Position numbers and translations under genes: made by a program
Shown: one piece after another, positions 42,852 to 47,983 of the stretch
Position numbering within the stretch: position 1 is the stretch's first letter
Layout of the letters: each line of letters starts with the position of its first letter
NCBI RefSeq assembly: GCF_001194135.2
Contig: NC_068984.1
Span: 25,817,912 to 25,865,894 of the forward strand
DNA length: 47,983 nt
Source of the DNA: Octopus bimaculoides
Taxonomy: Eukaryota
Direction: 5' to 3'
The notes under the pieces: model-generated
Told to the model about the DNA's origin: nothing
Seen by the model: the letters and a program-made list of their open reading frames with translations, nothing else
The model's database searches: none

Positions 42852-43467
42852 TAGGCATAGGAGTGGCTGTATGGTAAGTAGCTTGCTTACGAACCACATG
42901 GTTCCGGGTTCAGTCCCACTGCGTGGCACCTTGGGTAAGTGTCTTCTACTATAGCCTCGGGCCGACAAAAGCCTTATGAGTGGATTTAGTAGACAGAAAC
43001 TGAAAGAAGCTTGTCGTATATATGTATATGTATATGTATGTGTGTGTTTGTCCCCCCAACATCACTTGACAACCGATGCTGGTGTGTTTACGTCCCCGTG
43101 ACTTAGCGGTTCGGCAAAAAGGGACCGATAGAATAAGTACGAGGCTTACAAAGAATAAGTTCTGGTGTCGATTTGCTCGACTAAAGGCGGTGCCCCACAG
43201 TCAAATGACTGAAACAAGTAAAAGCGTAAAGAGTTTCCANNNNNNNNNNTATATGTATATGTATATGTATGTGTGTGTTTGTCCCCCCAACATCACTTGA
43301 CAACCGATGCTGGTGTGTTTACGTCCCCGTGACTTAGCGGTTCGGCAAAAAGGGACCGATAGAATAAGTACGAGGCTTACAAAGAATAAGTTCTGGTGTC
43401 GATTTGCTCGACTAAAGGCGGTGCCCCACAGTCAAATGACTGAAACAAGTAAAAGCGTAAAGAGTTT
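42852..43467 (+). mobile_element. SINE family A; 3' half appears twice around a 10-N gap (43240-43249)
   Basis: 43020-43236 and 43250-43466 look identical by eye. Confidence 0.88.
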
Positions 43468-43799
43468 GCATGAGATAAAGCGTGTTTTAATAAAATATAA
43501 TAAAAATTTACTTAATAAAACAAATGTTATTCATTATTTTCAAAATAATAAGTTATAGTTATTTTTATATGAATAAATTCTCTTTCTAAAACATTTTTGC
43601 TTCATTTACTGCCTTAATTAGAATTAGGATGGCAAGGATAGCTTGTAAAATAGAGGTATAGGTTCTACAATTGTTAAAAAAATTGCATTATGGCTTCTGC
43701 ATCAAAATATATTTAGGAACAGCAGCCAAATATGATTCTTTGAATGACACACATACACTCTAAGTACCTGCCTTTAATCTATCTTTCACCTCCAAATAT

Positions 43800-45250
43800 T
43801 ATATCTAGCAAGAACATCACCGTCTCTGTACTTATCGGTTGTTTGACCATTATTACAAAAAACTAAAACCAAAACACTGGAACATCCAACAAAAACATTG
43901 GAGCCGGCACAAGAGACCTAGAACGTACAACTAAAAAGGCGATGTTCGAATATGGTTTCACTCGAGATCATTAAAAAAAAAAGCGTTCAAAATATTCATA
44001 GCAGAGAGAAGGCGGAAAAATCTTTGAAGATATGGTTTAAACACAACAAATACATTCAGAATATATACTGACAAAATCGTATTAGAAAAGCTAATATTTT
44101 ACTAATTTTATTTTATTACGATAATGAAAACGATATAACCAAGGAATGACAATAATATCAACGGAACAAGGGAAATAACTTTAAAAAATATTGTAAAACA
44201 AGAGTTCGGTCCCTTGAATTTCCGCCAGATTCTTCGCAAATACGAACGATCAAAAATCCAATTCGCAGGTTCAATTTCTGGTTGACCTTACTACTTCTAC
44301 AGTATTATTGTTAATTTCACCGGAAACGAAATAGTTACCCAATAGCTGGTAGTTGTTATGAAGAATTTTTCAATGTTGCAAGTGGCGGTCGGTATTTGTC
44401 TGAGAAGCACTAATTTAAGTAGTTTAAGATATGTGATTGTCACTGACTTATAATCCCCTCAGCTCTCTTCTCGAACATATTTTTTGTTGGCACTCCGTCG
44501 CTTACAACGTCGAGGGTTCCAGTTGATCCGATCAACGGAACAGCCTGCTTGTGAAATTAACGTGAAAGTAGCTGAGCACTCCACAGACATGTGTACCCTT
44601 AACGTAGTTCTCGGGGATATTCAGCGTGACAGGGCTGACCCTTTGAAGTACAGGCACAACAGAAACAGGAAGTAAGAGTGAGAGAAAGTTGTGGTGAAAG
44701 AGTACAGCAGGGTTCGCCACCATCCCCTGCCGGAGCCTCGTTGGAGCTTTAGGTGTTTTCGCTCAATAAACATTCACAACGCCCGGTCTGGGAATCAAAA
44801 CCGCGGTCCTATGACCGCGAGTCCGCTGCCCTAACCACTGGGCCATTGCGCATCCACTCTCGAACATATATACACGTATCAATAAATATACGTCTTGACT
44901 CTGATCCACCATAAAATTCATTTATGTATATTCTATAAATAAACTTCAATTCCAGCATATACCGTAACATATTTCACCACAAATACACGTGCATAAATTT
45001 GCATATACACACACATATAATACTTAGAAAAACGCTTTATCATAGGTAATCTGTCTAACGGACACTTTATGCTTAGACATCTTTTGAACTGTATGGATGG
45101 ATAGACAGGATAATTACCCTGTGAATAACACGTGCCATATAGGTACTAAACACGAGACTAGTTTCATAATCAATGGATTGAATGTAGTAAATATTTCTAT
45201 CTGCACCGCTAATTTCCGGACAATCCTGGTACCAAAAAAGGGACACTATG
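43800..45250. promoter_or_regulatory. Second CpG-retaining zone, possible promoter of a neighbouring gene
   Basis: About 23 CG counted by eye in 43810-44400 versus very few in 38-40 kb; ETS-like CCGGAAA at ~44320. Confidence 0.4.
44481..44857 (-). mobile_element. SINE family B, full length, with 12-bp TSD TCTCGAACATAT
   Basis: TSD at 44469-44480 and 44858-44869; CpGs largely intact. Confidence 0.93.
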
Positions 45251-45654
45251 ATTCTATGATGGATGGGCTCTAGGAATGGTCCAACAAACAAACTAGTCTT
45301 TTCCATATCTAGTTTGTGTGTCTTTCCTCACCATACATGTGAAACAAAAATCATCCATCCCTTGAGAAGTGGAAATTCAAGGACTAATCACTGACTTGGA
45401 CATTGAAGCAATGGATATTAAAGCAAAAATCTGTATAGAATTGCACAATGAGGGATTGTATGAGAATGTTTTGCTTATAAGCATATTCTGTAACCACAGG
45501 TAAATCTAGCTGCATTGAGAAAGCTACTGAATCTACATGATACAGTGAACCTCATAAAAGTCATTTGAGTTGCCACGGAGATGAAAAGACAAGAACAGTT
45601 GCTATCTCTGTTTTTAATTTCAACTTGAATTGGTAAAATAAATACCAGATAAGC

Positions 45655-46400
45655 AGAGTCATGGCTGTGTGGTAAGAAGCTTGCTTCCTGATCACACAGT
45701 TCTGGGTTCAGTCCTACTGCATGGCACCTTTAATAAGTGTCTCCTACTATAGCCTCAGGCTCTAGTGGATTTGGTAGATGGAAACTGAAAGAAGCCCATC
45801 ATATATATATATTCTTTTGTTCTTTTACTTGTTTCAGGCATTTGGAGTATACCCTTTAGTCGAACAAATGAACCCCAGGACTTCTTTGTAAGCCTAGTAC
45901 TCATTCTATCAGTCTCTTTGGCTGAATTACTAAGCTATGGGAATGTAAACACACCAACATCAGTGTGGAGCAATGGTGGGGGGGGGGGACAAACACAGAC
46001 ACATAAATACACACACACACACATGACGGGCTTCTTTCAGTATCTGTCTTTCAAATCCACTCACAAGGCTTTGGTTAGCTCGAGGCTATAGTAGAAGACA
46101 CCTGCCCAAGATATCACAGAGTAGGATTGAACCTGGAACCACGTGGTTGGGAAGCAAGCTTCATACCACACAGCCACTCCTGTGCCTATATGTATATGTT
46201 TGCGTGTCTGTTTGGCCCCACTGCCATCGCTTGACACCGATGTTAGTGTGTTTACATCCCTGTAACTTAGCAGTTTGGAAAAAAAGACTGACAGATTAAG
46301 TATTAGGCTTACAAAGAATAAGACCTAGGGTTAATTTTTTAAACTAAAGGTGGTGCTCCAAGATAGCTGCAGTCAAATGACTGAAAAAATAAAAGAATAA
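45655..46400. mobile_element. Nested SINE A: + strand halves 45655-45812 and 46189-46400 split by a full - strand SINE A (45813-46188)
   Basis: The + head ends at gaagcccatcatatatatat, the reverse copy follows, and the + 3' half resumes at tgtatatgtttgcgtgtc. Confidence 0.85.
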
Positions 46401-46779
46401 ACAGGAAAAAAGGACTCGGAAATGTGCTGAGGCACACATTGGATGTTTGATGTAGTAATTTAGGGGCTCGTGATTTAGAAAAAGGATACCTAATTCGTTG
46501 AGTAATTGCAGGAGAATTTGTAGTTTAACCTGAGGTATGCTCTAATCAGCAAACATATGATTAAAAGTGGTTTGTTTTTTTTTACATGAACATCCTATCT
46601 TTTTATTTTTGTGTTCTTTCCTTTGTAAGCTGGTTGAAAATATTTCAAAGGCGATTCCTAAAGAATTGAATGACCAAGGAGAAGTTATCAGTTTGTCTCA
46701 TTGTGTTAGCATCTCATAAATTTGAGCATCTACAAAACTAATTTGCTGATACTATTAAATTGATTTCAAATTTTGGCAC

Positions 46780-46975
46780 TAGGCCAGCAAGTTCAAAGGA
46801 GCGAGTAAGTTGAGAACTAAGGTCAATGTAATCATTGACCCTAATTCTCAACCCTGAAAGGATGAAAGGCAAAGTTAACCTTGGCAGAATTTGAACTCAG
46901 AATGTAAAGTCAGATGAAATGCTGCTAAGCATTTTGCCTGGCATGCTAATGATTCTGCCAGCTCACTGCCTTTAC
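46780..46975 (-). mobile_element. SINE family E
   Basis: Reverse of the head: gatgaaaggcaaagttaacc...gattctgccagctcactgcc. Confidence 0.8.
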
Positions 46976-47685
46976 CGATACTATAATATTGACTCCAGTA
47001 CTTACAGATTGTGAACTTATTCTATATGGATGGGGTTTGAACTCAGAAATACTACAAAATATTTTGTGTGATGTTCTATCGACTTTGCCAAAGGTTGTGT
47101 AAATTCAAAGTAAATCTTTATACAAACTAGATAAGTCAAAGAAAACAAATGCTTCTCCCAATGGTTTTTGTGAAATTGAATGGAAGAAACAAGCTTCTCT
47201 CACAAGAAGGCACTACTTTGACACATGTTTCTCAGAGGGCTTCACAACCATTCTGTAGACAGATAAACTAAGGCATCCCTTGTTAAGAGAAATTGGTAAA
47301 TATCTGCAGCATGATATGAATACATGATCCAAGAGAATTACTTAAATAGTTCTGATCTCAGCTGTTTTAATACTATTAATAAAAATACATACACTAAATA
47401 AATGTTATTTTAATTTGGGAAGGTTCTATTGGTACCACATTCTTAGGTTAAAAGTTCCTCTTTATTTTAAGGACCTTCATTGTAGGGTAGTACTAAAAAT
47501 AGGCAAGATTTATCTCACTTTGTGTTTGGTATAGTTTGTAAGAACTAAATTACATACACACATATTTATTATGTACACACACAGACACACACACACAAAT
47601 GTATGAATATAAATATGTATATATATGTATGTATATACACATATTCATATGTGTGTGCGTGTGTGTATATATATATATATATATA

Positions 47686-47983
47686 TCATCATCATCGTTT
47701 AACGTCCGCTTTCCATGCTAGCATGGGTTGGACGATTTGACTGAGGACTGGTGCAACCGGATGGCTACACCAGGCTCCAATCTAATTTGGCAGAGTTTCT
47801 ACAGCTGGATGCCCTTCCTAACGCCAACCACTCAGAGAGTGTAGTAGGTGCTTTTACGTGTCACCTGCACGAAAACGGCCACGCTCGAAATGGTGTCTTT
47901 TATGTGCCACCCGCCCAAGAGCCAGTCCAGGGGCACTGGCAACGATCTCGCTCGAAAACCCTACAAGGCCAGTCAGGCGGTAC
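47686..47983 (-). mobile_element. Family C (probable RTE 3' UTR), inserted next to a (TA)n tract, runs off the window
   Basis: (CAT)n cgtttaacgtccgctttcc...; subrepeats as at 24413. Confidence 0.87.

Noticed and set aside
43020-43467. Exact ~217-bp tandem duplication and twin ORFs 43076/43307
   Set aside because: Identical copies flank a 10-N gap, typical of an unmerged contig overlap.
45073-45306. 77-aa minus ORF in the CpG zone
   Set aside because: No family resemblance or splice support.

Overview
AT-rich, repeat-dense eukaryotic DNA with seven N gaps. The repeat types point to an octopus/coleoid cephalopod draft genome (inference). One protein-coding gene is supported: an RMDN1 (FAM82B, regulator of microtubule dynamics) orthologue on the + strand, reconstructed by hand with consistent splice phases. 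Its exons are: putative UTR exon ~10600-10815, ATG micro-exon 11614-11639, then 23612-23720, 24040-24305, 25943-26032, 27614-27669, 28461-28548, 29662-29692, 33757-33890 and 36037-stop 36081. This gives 280 aa from ATG 11616, or 247 aa from an in-frame ATG at 23687. The rest is mostly tRNA-derived SINEs of modular architecture, RTE LINE pieces, a decayed maT/Tc1-mariner transposase and several MITEs. Most interesting observations: (i) three different minimal type I hammerhead-ribozyme-like motifs (9527-9577 -, 22683-22719 -, 34987-35031 +), each with an atypical core, of the kind carried by Penelope-like elements/retrozymes; (ii) a 26-nt ATG-bearing micro-exon that could switch RMDN1 between presequence-bearing and cytosolic forms; (iii) long intronic fold-backs that are candidate ADAR substrates; (iv) a SINE-internal microsatellite hit by three independent insertions; (v) a genome-templated A35 tract just behind the poly(A) signals. 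All alignments and folds were done by eye; no searches were run. Repeat boundaries are approximate.
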